DNA of 64,000 bases. Source: Octopus vulgaris. Its lineage: Eukaryota. The first letter of the stretch is position 1. The number at the start of each line of letters is the position of its first letter. This document shows, piece by piece, positions 40,262 through 53,170 of this stretch. A program made the translations under genes and the position numbers. The stretch lies in contig OX597825.1 in NCBI GenBank assembly GCA_951406725.2, positions 86,738,001 through 86,802,000 of the forward strand, written 5' to 3'. A model generated the notes under the pieces. That model was given only the letters and a program-made list of their open reading frames with translations, was not told the origin of the DNA and ran no database searches.

Positions 40262-41976
40262 TCTATATATATACATATATCTCGTCACGTGCCCTTGAAT
40301 TCCTGATTAAGAAATCCTATTATAATACACAGCGGTGTGTCTGTTTTTCTATCAGATCAATTTTTCATCAATCTCTATATATATATGCATGTGTCTGTGT
40401 ATGTATGTATGTATGTATGTATGTATGTATGTATGTATTTATGTATGTATGTATGTATGTATGTATGCATATGTGTATGTATGTGTCTACCTATATCTGT
40501 CTGTATGTGTGTGTGTGTGCTTGTGTTTCTGTATGTGTGCACGTATACACACGCGCGCACAGATACATATACGTCCTGCTCTCAATCATCTTCGAATGAG
40601 CTTAGGTTAGTGCACAACTACACACGCATTGACATACATGCATGCATACATACATAGATACATTCATGCATACACACATACATACATACATACATAAATA
40701 CATACATAGATACATGCATAGATACATGCATACATACACACATACATGCATAGACATGCATACATACGTACATACATACATAGATACATGCATACATACA
40801 TGCATACATATATGTATGCATACATGAATACAATCATACATCTATACATAATTACAAACCTCTACAAACACACTGCCAGAGACAGCCATAGATATCTAAT
40901 TAAGAGAGAGACTTGTAATAAACCTACAGCCGATATATCATCGAACAAGATGATATTAATGACAGATTAATGTGAGGTCTTTATTGAGGAACAGTCAGAT
41001 TGTAATTGCTTCTACCTCACTGGATTAATCACTCGATGCTGGTTGGTGCCAATCACTTCTCTAGGTTTTCATCCTTAACTAGTTGACAGTATTTTAGATA
41101 TTCTGCTGTGTTATCCAACAATTACACTGAACAGATAATCTGGTTCGAATTAGTCATAAATGTAAAAATCTTTATCTCAGTCCATTAATTCACTCAGTGA
41201 GTATCGATTTGGCCATGAAATGAATTTACTTTACACAGCTAATCTGCTCTCTCAACATCTGTGAAGAAACACATAAACGATTTAAATATCTTTAAACATC
41301 GGAATTCTTCGTATCTCTCTTCTTTTCATAAATATATTAAGTGTTTATGTAAGAACTCATAAATACGCAGGCACTACCACTCACACATAAACATACACAC
41401 ACATACAGTCATCTTGTTGATGTATATGTCTTTCTTTGTATACGTACATGCATAGATACATATACTTATGCACACACACACACACTCGTACAGCAGCTAA
41501 TACTCGCAAGAGAGTATGGTTCAGAAGCATTTACTATGCTTTTATTTATTGCCTTCGATACGCGTAAGTTAGCAACAAGGCACAGACCTCCGGTCAGCCC
41601 TTCAAGCCTTGACCTTGCTGAGCATCTCAGATGCGGTCGCCGTGACGTGAAAGGTCAGCATTGTCAGTGAGCTGGAACGTTTTATGTCGCTTCTCAGCGT
41701 TACATAATTATAAATATGAAGTTTAGTACTACAGCATCCGAACAGACTACAGACAAGATTGTAAGACTCCAAATAACTACAAAATACAAACACATATATG
41801 GACGATAGCATTAACACATATCAACACAAATATATACATCAGATACTATTAGCATCATTACACAATATATACGCACACACACATATACTCTATATATGTA
41901 TGCACACATACACACATATACTCACACATATACATTCACAGGTACCAAAAGATCCACCCCACCACACATATATGTA

Positions 41977-42045
<69 letters not shown>

Positions 42046-42314
42046 ATGGTATAATCAAAATACCATCACGAGTGGCAAGCGAATTATCAGCCGTACAGGC
42101 AAATTAATAAAATATATACATACAATATTGGATATGTACATATATACACAACTGTACCACATGAGCACCTATATCGCTAAAGATAGAAGTAAAAAAATAC
42201 TTCTGTACCACGGAATAGTCACAAATCTATTTCAGACACAGAGAGGGAAAAGTATCAGTGAACAATAATAACGTCTTACCTCTACTAGGTCAGAACAAGC
42301 AAATGCTGGTCAAC

Positions 42315-42370
42315 TTGGTACCGGTTTCGAAATTTAGCGTCAAATAGGTGCCTGATTTCTCATCAGCCAA
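42315..42370 (-). ncRNA. Type I minimal hammerhead ribozyme (intact core)
   Basis: Minus strand: TTGG CTGATGA GAAAT...ATTTC GAAA CCGG TA CCAA; stem I TTGG/CCAA, stem II GAAAT/ATTTC, palindromic stem III ACCGGT, GUA cleavage triplet. Confidence 0.85.
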
Positions 42371-43164
42371 AGTCTGCCAGCTTATTACTACCAAAATCCT
42401 GCCATATCATGCCTGCAAAAGTTAGTTTGAAGTGACTAACCATATATATATATATATATATATATATATGCTTAACTATACACAAACACACAGAAACACA
42501 CATATGTGTTTTGCTCTCTGTTCATGCGTCATAGCCTATTCGGATATGCATTTTACATATGGATTTCCAAAGTTTAACATTGATATTGAGCACAAATATA
42601 TTTGTTTTTATGTCGTGTTTAGGCAGAACATCATAGTATTATGTGTGTTTGTGTGTGCATAGGGAGAAAAGAAGAAAAAGAGCGAAGGAGAGAGAGAGAG
42701 CAAGCGAGAGATTTCAAATGGTAGCTATGCAGTTGAAGAGGACACAGTAGAATTGGTTATGTAAGTTATTAGTTGTGAATAATTGGCAACAGATAAACCT
42801 CCTTCATCCGTTAATATATGGAAGATGTATTGAATCTCAACAATAAGATGTAAAATATACTTTTTATATATATTTTTTTGGTATATTTCCATTGAAACAA
42901 TTGAAATAATCTAGATTATGTGTGTGTGTTTGTGTACACGCGTTTGTGTGTGTATGTTTAAACTCACACAACAAACACATATGTAAGTATATGTATATAT
43001 ATATATGTATGTATTATGTATGTATGTATGTGTGTATGTGTGTGTGTGTATATAGGCAGACACAGAAGGTATAATTATTATATATGCACATGATTTATAT
43101 ACATGTTATATGTATATGTATATATATATATTTATATGAGTATATATACATGTGTATATATATG

Positions 43165-43210
<46 letters not shown>

Positions 43211-44139
43211 AACACATACATGTATATAAATATCTGTGTGCGTGTATTAGCACACGTGTGTTACCACACTCTAAGTGAATGTACACGCTAAGAAAGTTCT
43301 TATATATATTTATACACACAAGGAGGTATATATATTTATGTCTCTCTCTGTCTCTCTTCCCCCCTCTCTCTCTATATATATATATGCATGTATACATGAT
43401 CATATCTGCATGTGGTTCTCTGTGTTTTTCTGTATTCATGTGCGTGTGTATGTAAGCGCAGAGGAAGTCTGTTTTGTTTTCTGTTGAAATCCAATTTAAC
43501 GTTATCTTGAAAGTCTCTAAGTAACATACATAAAACATGACTAGAATTATAGCTCAGCGCAGCAGCTCACACCAGGAAATATTTTCTCCCTAAAGTATGG
43601 AAAACCTAAAGCTTTTTGTAAGCAAACCACAGCAATCGGATTAATATTACAACGCATCTATGAAGCCTGATAGAGGCTTAGATTAATATGCTTGAAGGAT
43701 ATAACCAATAACAGCAGGAAAATCATTGAAGACGAAAATATATTCTTATATAACAACAGTGTAAGAACGGTATACTCTAAAACCTGTGTATACAGCATAA
43801 TTTACACATCGAATGAATTGTAAACTGTAGAGATTAGAGGCGGCGCTGGGGGAAGACACTGGATTCCTGGATCGTTATTTCGAAAGTTTTAGTAGCATTT
43901 CATTGCATTTCAAGATATAACAGTTTTGTTTTAAAGCGACTCAGTTCAAGTAGCTGTCAGGTGTAGGCATCTAAAATATTTGTTAATATCTGACTGGGAA
44001 CTGGACCTACCAATCATCTTGGTCCTCTGTCGTAGGGTCCGTGTATGGTAGCTGATGTGCAAACGGCTCTTTCAACCCCAGATTCCTCATGGATTATCAT
44101 CTTGCACGGTTACTGGGTCTTCCAGTTAATATCCAAGCC

Positions 44140-44350
44140 GGTGATCTGACAGAATGGCTAGCATGCCGGGCAAAATGCTTAGCGGCATTTCGTCCGTCTT
44201 TACGTTCGGAGTTCAAATTCTGCTGAGGTCAACTTCGCCTTTCATCCTTTCGGGATGAATAAAATAAGTACCAGTCGATCACTGGGGTCAGTGTAATCGA
44301 CTTATCCTCTCCCCAAAATTTCTGGCCTTGTGCCAAAATTTAAACCGAAT
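44140..44350 (+). mobile_element. SINE family A
   Basis: Head, B-box, core and TGGCCTTGTGCCAAAATTT tail. Confidence 0.85.
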
Positions 44351-44922
44351 ATCATGTAAACCTGACGGCTGAAATCACATCTTTATCAGATTTTGTGCTT
44401 GCTCATGCGCGCTCGAGTTTTAAAGAAGTAGCTTAATGGCTTGGTTAGTGTTCGCGCTGCGATGAACTGAACTCAAATAGAAAGAAAAACGTCAGCGTCA
44501 TCACACGAAAGAATCGAAGAGAAGCGGAAGTGAGCTTCAGAAGCGAACGTATAAAATGTGATTCTATATTTTGACATCGCTTAAGAATACAATGAGAATA
44601 ACTATGGAAGATAAAGGCTTGGAAAAAGGAAAATAGAGATGTTTGTGCAATGACGGAAGAGAAAGAAATGTGTTGGTTTCCCCATCTGGTAAATGGTTGA
44701 GGTCGTCGAACGCCGGACGTAGTGTAATGTTGCAGGTATGTTGCAGACAGGTGCACAATGGAGTTCCTTTGCGTAATGAGATAGTAACACTGTGATTATA
44801 GATCCATTAATTCGAATCAGAGTTAGGAGCGGAACAAATAGCAAATAGACCGAAACGATTGGTGGACTCTGAGAGAGAAAGGACGAGAGAAGAGAGAAAG
44901 AGGGAAGGGAGAGAGTGGGAGA

Positions 44923-44963
<41 letters not shown>

Positions 44964-45945
44964 ATTTTTTGGCCATTAGTATTTGGAAGCTGATACATAG
45001 AAGGCCCTTAGTATGACCGGATCGATTACATTTCCTGATTGGTAATTTACCTATCACGGATGACTAAAAGACAAATATGCCCCACCCCCACCTTCCGAAA
45101 CTTAACAAATACTCTGCAAAATAATTTAGCATTTCTACTGCTTCTCGATGCTCTGCCGCCTCTGCAACTCCGCCGTCAATAGGCGATAATTAGAGACTTT
45201 TAGTTTATGGCAGAAAGCAACAAATAGTTTGAGGTAACAGACGTTGGAATTAAGCTCAGACGTTGATTGCTAATTATCGTTGACTGTATAATTAGTATAA
45301 TTATTGATGACTGTGAAATTAATGAAGGGTTTGTTAGTTTGTGTTGGGTTTGTTAAAAGGTAACGTGGAAACCACGCTCACCGGTATAACTTTGAACAAG
45401 GAGCGCCGCACGATTCTGACTTCCCTACAGATATTCACCAATGGCGGTGATCCTAACACTTCGATGGTTTATCAGATGAGTCAACAGCCGTACAAACAAA
45501 TATGATCCTATAAAAATTATTGCAGAAATTCATCGATTATTTTTCTTTTGCGACAAAATTTATAGAGAGAACAAAATGCGTGAAATCGTAACGTTTATAT
45601 TTGTATGAAAAGTATCAGCTCTCTAAGGGGAGTGATTTCGACCAGGGATTGAACCAACGTCGGAGACACAACTAGCCAAGAACTAACTATTGCTCATCAA
45701 GCGAATATTCGCAAATCACTTACTGTAACATCTAAATTTGACCGGGCACCGGTTACACACCCATCCCTTTTTTTGCACATTTCATTTGCAATTTATCGTC
45801 ATTCTGATTTTTACATAAATCCTGGCTTCCCAAAGCAGCCGTACTTTTGTATATTTTTTACTCCATGTAAATATATTTATATCAAGCCTGTGTTTGTCTC
45901 CATTACCGCTTCTCTGTCTCTCTCCCCACTCACTCTCTCTCTCTC

Positions 45946-46016
<71 letters not shown>

Positions 46017-46021
46017 GTATT

Positions 46022-46353
46022 AGACTCCTTTCTGTTGCGAATGACCATGATGGAGATTACACCTAGAAAGTTCCCCTCTGATGCACAAGTTCAGGCACGG
46101 TAGTTTTTGGAGGACCAGTACTCGTTTATGCATACCAGTCTCCCCACTCCAAGTTACCGATGTTGTCCAAAGGAAAGGCAAAGGGGTCGATAGAGCTTGG
46201 TACCGGTGACCCTGCATCTCATTTCTGAGTGAACTGGAGCAACATGAAATAAAGTGTCTTGCTCAAGAACACAACACACAGACTGGTCCGGGAAACGAAC
46301 GCATAACACTTCAATTGCAAGCCCGACGCTCTGGTTATTGAGCCATGCGCCCT
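46022..46353 (-). mobile_element. tRNA-derived SINE family D (shares its 5' body with family B, different tail)
   Basis: Minus strand: GGCGCATGGCTCAA head, then GTGTTCTTGAGCAAGACACTTTATTTCATGTTGCTCCAGTTCACTCAG. Confidence 0.75.
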
Positions 46354-46417
46354 CAGATACATACATACATAAATACATACATACATACATACATACATAC
46401 ATACATACATACATACA

Positions 46418-46451
<34 letters not shown>

Positions 46452-46819
46452 CAGCCTATTTTGTCAAATTAGGCTTCTCAAAAGCAGAAAGGAGAAAGGT
46501 GATAGGAAGACTACAGATCCAATGCATTACTGGAACTGTAAAAATCAGTAAAATGTTCCAGAAGTTTCTCCTTTAAGTATATATGAACATGTGTAGATAT
46601 GCAACTATATGCATGAGAATACATACATAAAACAAAACATACAAATCTGCTCACAAGCATACATTACATGCATATATACAAACAAACAAAAATACCCTAT
46701 TGATGTTGTTGAAATTCCAATGAAGGAACCATGGATCTAGTTTAGTGACCTGCTCTTTCTCTATTGACAAGAAATCATGAAATAAAACTAAATAATGACA
46801 CACGCGCGCACACACACAC

Positions 46820-46869
<50 letters not shown>

Positions 46870-46974
46870 ACACACACACACGCACAAAGTGAATGTAAGC
46901 ATATGTATCTACACATCTGAGCCTACAATGCACACATTGGTCCAGGCCCTGTAATGCATTCATTCACACATGCA

Positions 46975-47170
46975 TTCGTTAACCAAACTTAAAATGTCTG
47001 AAAGCTTGTAAACGTTTACATATCAAAAGTAATCCGTGACAAATTTACGTTTGAAACCTATTCGTCTTCATTCGCACAAACGCATCTCACTTCAACAAAC
47101 CAGACTACCATTATAACGAAGCTTTGAAACAGAGTGGTTTTAAAGATAAAATTAGTTACATTATAATAAT
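46975..47170 (+). pseudogene. PLE RT thumb-region fragment
   Basis: FNKPDYHYNEALKQSGFKDKISYI resembles the PLE Y..AL..SG....I.Y motif. Confidence 0.55.
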
Positions 47171-47194
47171 AACAACATGAACAACAACTGCACT

Positions 47195-47357
47195 AATCCT
47201 TTTCTACGATAAGGATAAGGATAAAGTTTTGGAGGAGAGAACCAGTCAATTACGTCGATCTCAGTTTGTATTTATTTCAACGGCCTGAAAAGGTGAAAGT
47301 CAAAGTCGACCTCGGCTGAATTTGAACTCAAAATGTATAGACGAACGAAATGCCGCG
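47195..47357 (-). mobile_element. SINE family A, diverged
   Basis: CAAAGTCGACCTCGGCTGAATTTGAACTCA. Confidence 0.7.
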
Positions 47358-47470
47358 AAGCAGCAACAACAGCAGCAGCAGCAGTTGCAGTGGTAGTAGC
47401 AGCAATAGCAGTAGCAGTAACAATGGTTGTAGTGGTAGTAGTAGTGGTAGTAGCAGTATTATTAGTAGTG

Positions 47471-47507
<37 letters not shown>

Positions 47508-47749
47508 CAGTAGTAGTAGTAGTAGTAGTAGTAGTAAAATGAATTTCCAGACACAGAAAAGAGTAAAAAGCGTAAAATTACTTCGTTTGACGCCTTATTT
47601 AGTCTCAACGTGATTACAACCATCAATAAAACCATTATTTAACTTCTTTAAGTATCGCTCGAGAAATCATAAGATTTTTAATAGCAATAATCGTGTATAT
47701 ATATATATAGATATATATATACATACATATATATATACATATATATATG

Positions 47750-47839
<90 letters not shown>

Positions 47840-47904
47840 TTATAACTTGCTTCAGAAATAGTGAATCTTTCAAAATATAAATTCGAAACAGTTATCTACA
47901 TCTT

Positions 47905-47960
<56 letters not shown>

Positions 47961-47983
47961 ACACATACACACACACGCCCCCC

Positions 47984-48034
<51 letters not shown>

Positions 48035-48196
48035 GAATGTAGCCGACAGATTTTCTCAAGAACGAATCACTGAAGTTTAATGGATAAGATTCTACGCATC
48101 AAAGTTTCTTTATGATCCAAATGAACGTTGCATCCACTCTCAGATTCTTGCTTCTGACCACCTTATTCTTCTATACTGTCAATTATATAGGTATAT

Positions 48197-48256
<60 letters not shown>

Positions 48257-48261
<5 letters not shown>

Positions 48262-48460
48262 TGAGACCACAAAACCAAGGCTTTGTGGAATTTATAGAAC
48301 ATTTATAAAGAGAAAGCTAGTTCTACAGCTGTTTCTAGGATATTAGGGATATCCCCTTCATCAGAGACGATGTGAGAGAGTGAATTAGAGGTAACTCTAC
48401 TATTTCCCCCTATTTAACTCTCTCACATCGTCTCTACTACCAATATATTATTTAATAAGC
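48257..48460 (-). mobile_element. (TA)n-embedded fragment with hammerhead motif and short inverted duplication
   Basis: Minus strand 48321-48370: CTGATGA AGGGGATATCCCTAATATCCTA GAAA CAGCTG TA (stem I poorly paired); inverted arms 48363-48380 and 48418-48435. Confidence 0.65.
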
Positions 48461-48468
48461 ACAATATG

Positions 48469-48512
<44 letters not shown>

Positions 48513-48664
48513 AATTAAGGACTGAACACGAAAAGTGGACAGTCAACATGCTAGATATAGACGTCAAATCGCCTTTCACCACAAAAAGATTATGTTCTCA
48601 GATCAAACTCAACACAAAACCATAGCAATAAACAAGTGAAAAATATACGAAATAAAATAATTAC

Positions 48665-48729
48665 CCATGTACTAACTTAGTTTCAGCTGTTATTTTCCGC
48701 AAGGAAAACTGCAGCCATCATCAGCATGG
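48665..48729 (-). ncRNA. Type I hammerhead ribozyme (inverted copy)
   Basis: Exact reverse complement of 49216-49280. Confidence 0.85.
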
Positions 48730-49215
48730 TCCGTTATAAATGTAATTTGCTGGACTAGATGCAAACACGATACCGAAATATCGCGTGCATGGAGTTCAGC
48801 CTATTACATTTGAATATATCTTTCAAATGCCTTTACTTTGGCGCGTTGAAACCCGAGAAAACTAGCCTGCAGCTAATAATTAGCAGCAGTTAATTTATCG
48901 GTTAGAGAACATATTTATTTATATAAAATTAATTAAGGGTAGAAATTGATATTTATCAATTAAGACCAGTGGTCTAGCATATTAAAAAAGAATCCGAAGA
49001 TTAAAATATTTATATATACCAATTAAGGACTGAACACGAAAAGTGGACAGTCAACATGCTGCTAATTATTAGCTGCAGGCTAGTTTTCTCGGGTTTCAAC
49101 GCGCCAAAGTAAAGGCAACTGAAAGATATATTCAAATGTAATAGGCTGAACTCCATGCACGCGATATTTCGGTATCGTGTTTGCATCTAGTCCAGCAAAT
49201 TACATTTATAACGGA

Positions 49216-49280
49216 CCATGCTGATGATGGCTGCAGTTTTCCTTGCGGAAAATAACAGCTGAAACTAAGTTAGTACATGG
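49216..49280 (+). ncRNA. Type I hammerhead ribozyme, copy 1
   Basis: CCATG CTGATGA TGGCTG-cag-TTTTCC-ttgc-GGAAAA-taa-CAGCT GAAA CTAAGTTAG TA CATGG; predicted cleavage after A49275. Confidence 0.9.
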
Positions 49281-49723
49281 GTAATTATTTTATTTCGTAT
49301 ATTTTTCACTTGTTTATTGCTATGGTTTTGTGTTGAGTTTGATCTGAGAACATAATCTTTTTATGGTGAAAGGCGATTTGACGTCTATATCTAGCATGTT
49401 GACTGTCCACTTTTCGTGTTCAGTCCTTAATTGGTATATATAAATATTTTAATCTTCGGATTCTTTTTTAATATGCTAGACCACTGGTCTTAATTGATAA
49501 ATATCAATTTCTACCCTTAATTAATTTTATATAAATAAATATGTTCTCTAACCGATAAATTAACTGCTGCTAATTATTAGCTGCAGGCTAGTTTTCTCGG
49601 GTTTCAACGCGCCAAAGTAAAGGCATTTGAAAGATATATTCAAATGTAATAGGCTGAACTCCATGCACGCGATATTTCGGTATCGTGTTTGCATCTAGTC
49701 CAGCAAATTACATTTATAACGGA

Positions 49724-49788
49724 CCATGCTGATGATGGCTGCAGTTTTCCTTGCGGAAAATAACAGCTGAAACTAAGTTAGTACATGG
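49724..49788 (+). ncRNA. Type I hammerhead ribozyme, copy 2
   Basis: Identical to copy 1; predicted cleavage after 49783. Confidence 0.9.
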
Positions 49789-50231
49789 GTAATTATTTTA
49801 TTTCGTATATTTTTCACTTGTTTATTGCTATGGTTTTGTGTTGAGTTTGATCTGAGAACATAATCTTTTTGTGGTGAAAGGCGATTTGACGTCTATATCT
49901 AGCATGTTGACTGTCCACTTTTCGTGTTCAGTCCTTAATTGGTATATATAAATATTTTAATCTTCGGATTCTTTTTTAATATGCTAGACCACTGGTCTTA
50001 ATTGATAAATATCAATTTCTACCCTTAATTAATTTTATATAAATAAATATGTTCTCTAACCGATAAATTAACTGCTGCTAATTATTAGCTGCAGGCTAGT
50101 TTTCTCGGGTTTCAACGCGCCAAAGTAAAGGCATTTGAAAGATATATTCAAATGTAATAGGCTGAACTCCATGCACGCGATATTTCGGTATCGTGTTTGC
50201 ATCTAGTCCAGCAAATTACATTTATAACGGA

Positions 50232-50296
50232 CCATGCTGATGATGGCTGCAGTTTTCCTTGCGGAAAATAACAGCTGAAACTAAGTTAGTACATGG
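50232..50296 (+). ncRNA. Type I hammerhead ribozyme, copy 3
   Basis: Identical to copy 1; predicted cleavage after 50291. Confidence 0.9.
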
Positions 50297-50824
50297 GTAA
50301 TTATTTTATTTCGTATATTTTTCACTTGTTTATTGCTATGGTTTTGTGTTGAGTTTGATCTGAGAACATAATCTTTTTGTGGTGAAAGGCGATTTGACGT
50401 CTATATCTAGCATGTTGACTGTCCACTTTTCGTGTTCAGTCCTTAATTGGTATATATAAATATTTTAATCTTCGGATTCTTTTTTAATATGCTAGACCAC
50501 TGGTCTTAATTGATAAATATCAATTTCTACCCTTAATTAATTTTATATATATATATATATATTTATATGTTACTATTAGTTTCCGGCTTTTCAACCTTGA
50601 ATCTTTTATATATGTTTCTTCCTAGCCTTTTCTGTCCCATTTTTAGTTCGTTATGTCATGTGGGTAGTGCCCGATGATTGTGCTAAGACACCAGATGTAT
50701 TAAAAATACTGTCTGCTATGCTCTCCGTATATGAAGCTAATAGTAACACATAAGAACATATATTGCGTTTAATAACTAATTATCTCTCACCAGAGTACGT
50801 TTTCGTTGATGACGGAACAATATA

Positions 50825-50912
<88 letters not shown>

Positions 50913-51214
50913 ATATCTATCTATCTATGTATATATGTATGTGTATATATTGTTTATATGAGTGAGTGCGTGCGTGTGCGTATGCATTAAGGCTATCATT
51001 GGTTTCATATTAAGAAAAATGTCTTAATATCTTAACAATTTTTCAAGCCGATCGTATAGAAGAATGGTATTCGTCTCCAACATCCAAACTGGAGACGAAC
51101 ACCATTTCTCCATGAGACTGGCTTCACAAATTGTTGAGATATTAAGATTTTTTTAAAATATGAAACCAATGGCAGCCTTAATACACACACACGCAATATA
51201 AGAATACCTGTTTC

Positions 51215-51400
51215 TGATCCAGGCACAAGGCCAGTAGTTTCGAGTGGCTAAATTGATTTCATCGACCTCAGTACCTGACTGGTCTTCTGTTTAATCGACG
51301 CCGAACAGCAAAGTTGGCTTCGGCGAGATTTGAGGTCAGAAGATAAAAAGGAATTGGAAGGAATATGACGAGGTATTCCGATACTCTTCAGATTCTGCGA
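51215..51400 (-). mobile_element. Old SINE family A relic
   Basis: GGCACAAGGCC...ATCGACCTCAGTACCTGACTGGT...CAAAGTTGGCTTCGGCGAGATTTGA. Confidence 0.55.
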
Positions 51401-51523
51401 CCTCACTACATTGTGTGTACATACATACACACATATATACATACACATGCACATACACACATGCATACATACATATACACATGCACATACATACATACAT
51501 ACATACATACATACATACATACA

Positions 51524-51557
<34 letters not shown>

Positions 51558-51899
51558 CATACATACTTATCCTCTATTTAAGAGTCCGAAATGCACGCTC
51601 GTAGCCTCTGACCATTTATACGAAAATATATAATTTATTCCTTTTGTCAACGTTGAGCATTTTTTCTTCTTCAGTTTCTGCAGGTGGACTCTGTAAAAGT
51701 TAAAACTAAGAATTCTATAATTGTTCTTACTGTTGACTGTTTTAATCGAGTTATACCACAAGCAAGCAGCTGACACGTCGGCGAAAATATTCTTATACCT
51801 TAAAGGAATTATAAAAGATTAATAATACAGAAAACAGACAACTTGATGCGAAGGTCTTGTTCGACCGCAAACTTCTTTTGATGACCATGATAAGTTCAT

Positions 51900-53170
51900 G
51901 ATACTGATGCAAATTACAATCCTAAATTTGTTATTAAAATGTCCAAGCAATGTCCGCTTAGCAGTGTATTGCTACAACATCTCGAAGAAGAACTAATTCT
52001 CCTAATTAAGAATATAAAATTCTGGTTAATGAACAATCGATTTAGCTGAAGGTGAACAACAGTCTACACAGCAATAAAAAAAATTTCATCGACACGTTAG
52101 TCAATTTGACAAGACAAAAATTTATATTAAATCGCCTGCAATATCTATCAACGCCATATTTTTAATTATATCACTTATAAATATATGAAAGCACAAAATG
52201 AATGAAATTACTCTAAAAGGACAGAAAATTACTTCCAAATTGAACAGAACGGAAGCCCTTTCCCATGGAGTCCGTATATTACATTGAAAGACCACAAAAC
52301 TTATTTCCAACAGAAACCATCCGTTCGTCTCATTAACCCTACTAAAACTGACTTTCATAAAATTAGTTAAGATATACTGGTTAAAATAATTTCTATAATC
52401 AAACTATTATCCCCCTTATCTCTTGTAGGCCCCCTTATCTCTTGTAGGTCCCTTTATCTCTTGTATGTCCCCCTTATCTCTTGTATGTCCCCCTTATCTC
52501 TTGTAGATACCCCTTGTCTCTTGTAGATCCCCCCTTATCTCTTGTAGATCCCTTTATCTCTTGTAGGCCCCCTTATCTCTTGTAGGTCCCCTTATCTCTT
52601 GTAGGTCCCCCTTATCTCTTGTAGATCCCCCCTTATCTCTTGTAGATCCACCTTATCTCTTGTATGTCCCCCCTCATCTCTTGTAGGTTCTTTTCTAGCT
52701 CTTGTAGGTACCCCCTTACCTCTTGTAAGTCCCCTCTCATCTCTTGTAGGCCCCCCTTATCTCTTGTAGTACGACTACATATCACGATGGAATGATTCAA
52801 ACACATTTCTAACTGAAACTAATGCAAACCCTTACAATTTGACATCTAAGAATACTACTCCTCAATCACTCAATGACGCGTAGAACTTCTTTGCCTGATA
52901 TAAATGAGAACATCTTTTGATGTTAGCACGAGCGACAACCATTCTGTTAACATACCTTAATTATCGATAAATAAATGAAATGAAGAAGAAATTAACGCTG
53001 TTATTGAATCGATATGAATTTCGATAACTAAAGACCAAAATCATTGTATATCATCCACGTCATCAACTGAACCAAACTATAAACCATATGCACAGTCTGT
53101 CTAACAAACCCCAAAATATTATCAACAACATTGATAAAAACATCCTCCTCTCACCCAATATTTGTCAACC
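51900..53170 (+). pseudogene. Decayed Penelope-like (Neptune-type) RT, split by a minisatellite
   Basis: PYITLKDHKTYFQQKPSVRLINPTKTDFHKIS*DILVKI (from 52272) and QFDI*EYYSSIT (from 52835); boundaries approximate. Confidence 0.75.
52408..52769. repeat. 19-21-bp minisatellite, about 18 copies
   Basis: Unit CCCCTTATCTCTTGTAGRY. Confidence 0.95.

Larger units (their letters stand above)
48503..50549. mobile_element. Retrozyme-like array: 508-bp non-coding unit, about 1.1 inverted plus 2.9 tandem copies in (TA)n
   Basis: CTGATGA recurs at 49221, 49729 and 50237 (period 508); 48511-49060 is the reverse complement; no ORF of 60 aa or more. Confidence 0.85.

Noticed and set aside
52408-52769. Short regular arrays here and at 33114 and 6337 as CRISPR
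   Set aside because: No unique spacers, no cas genes, eukaryotic context
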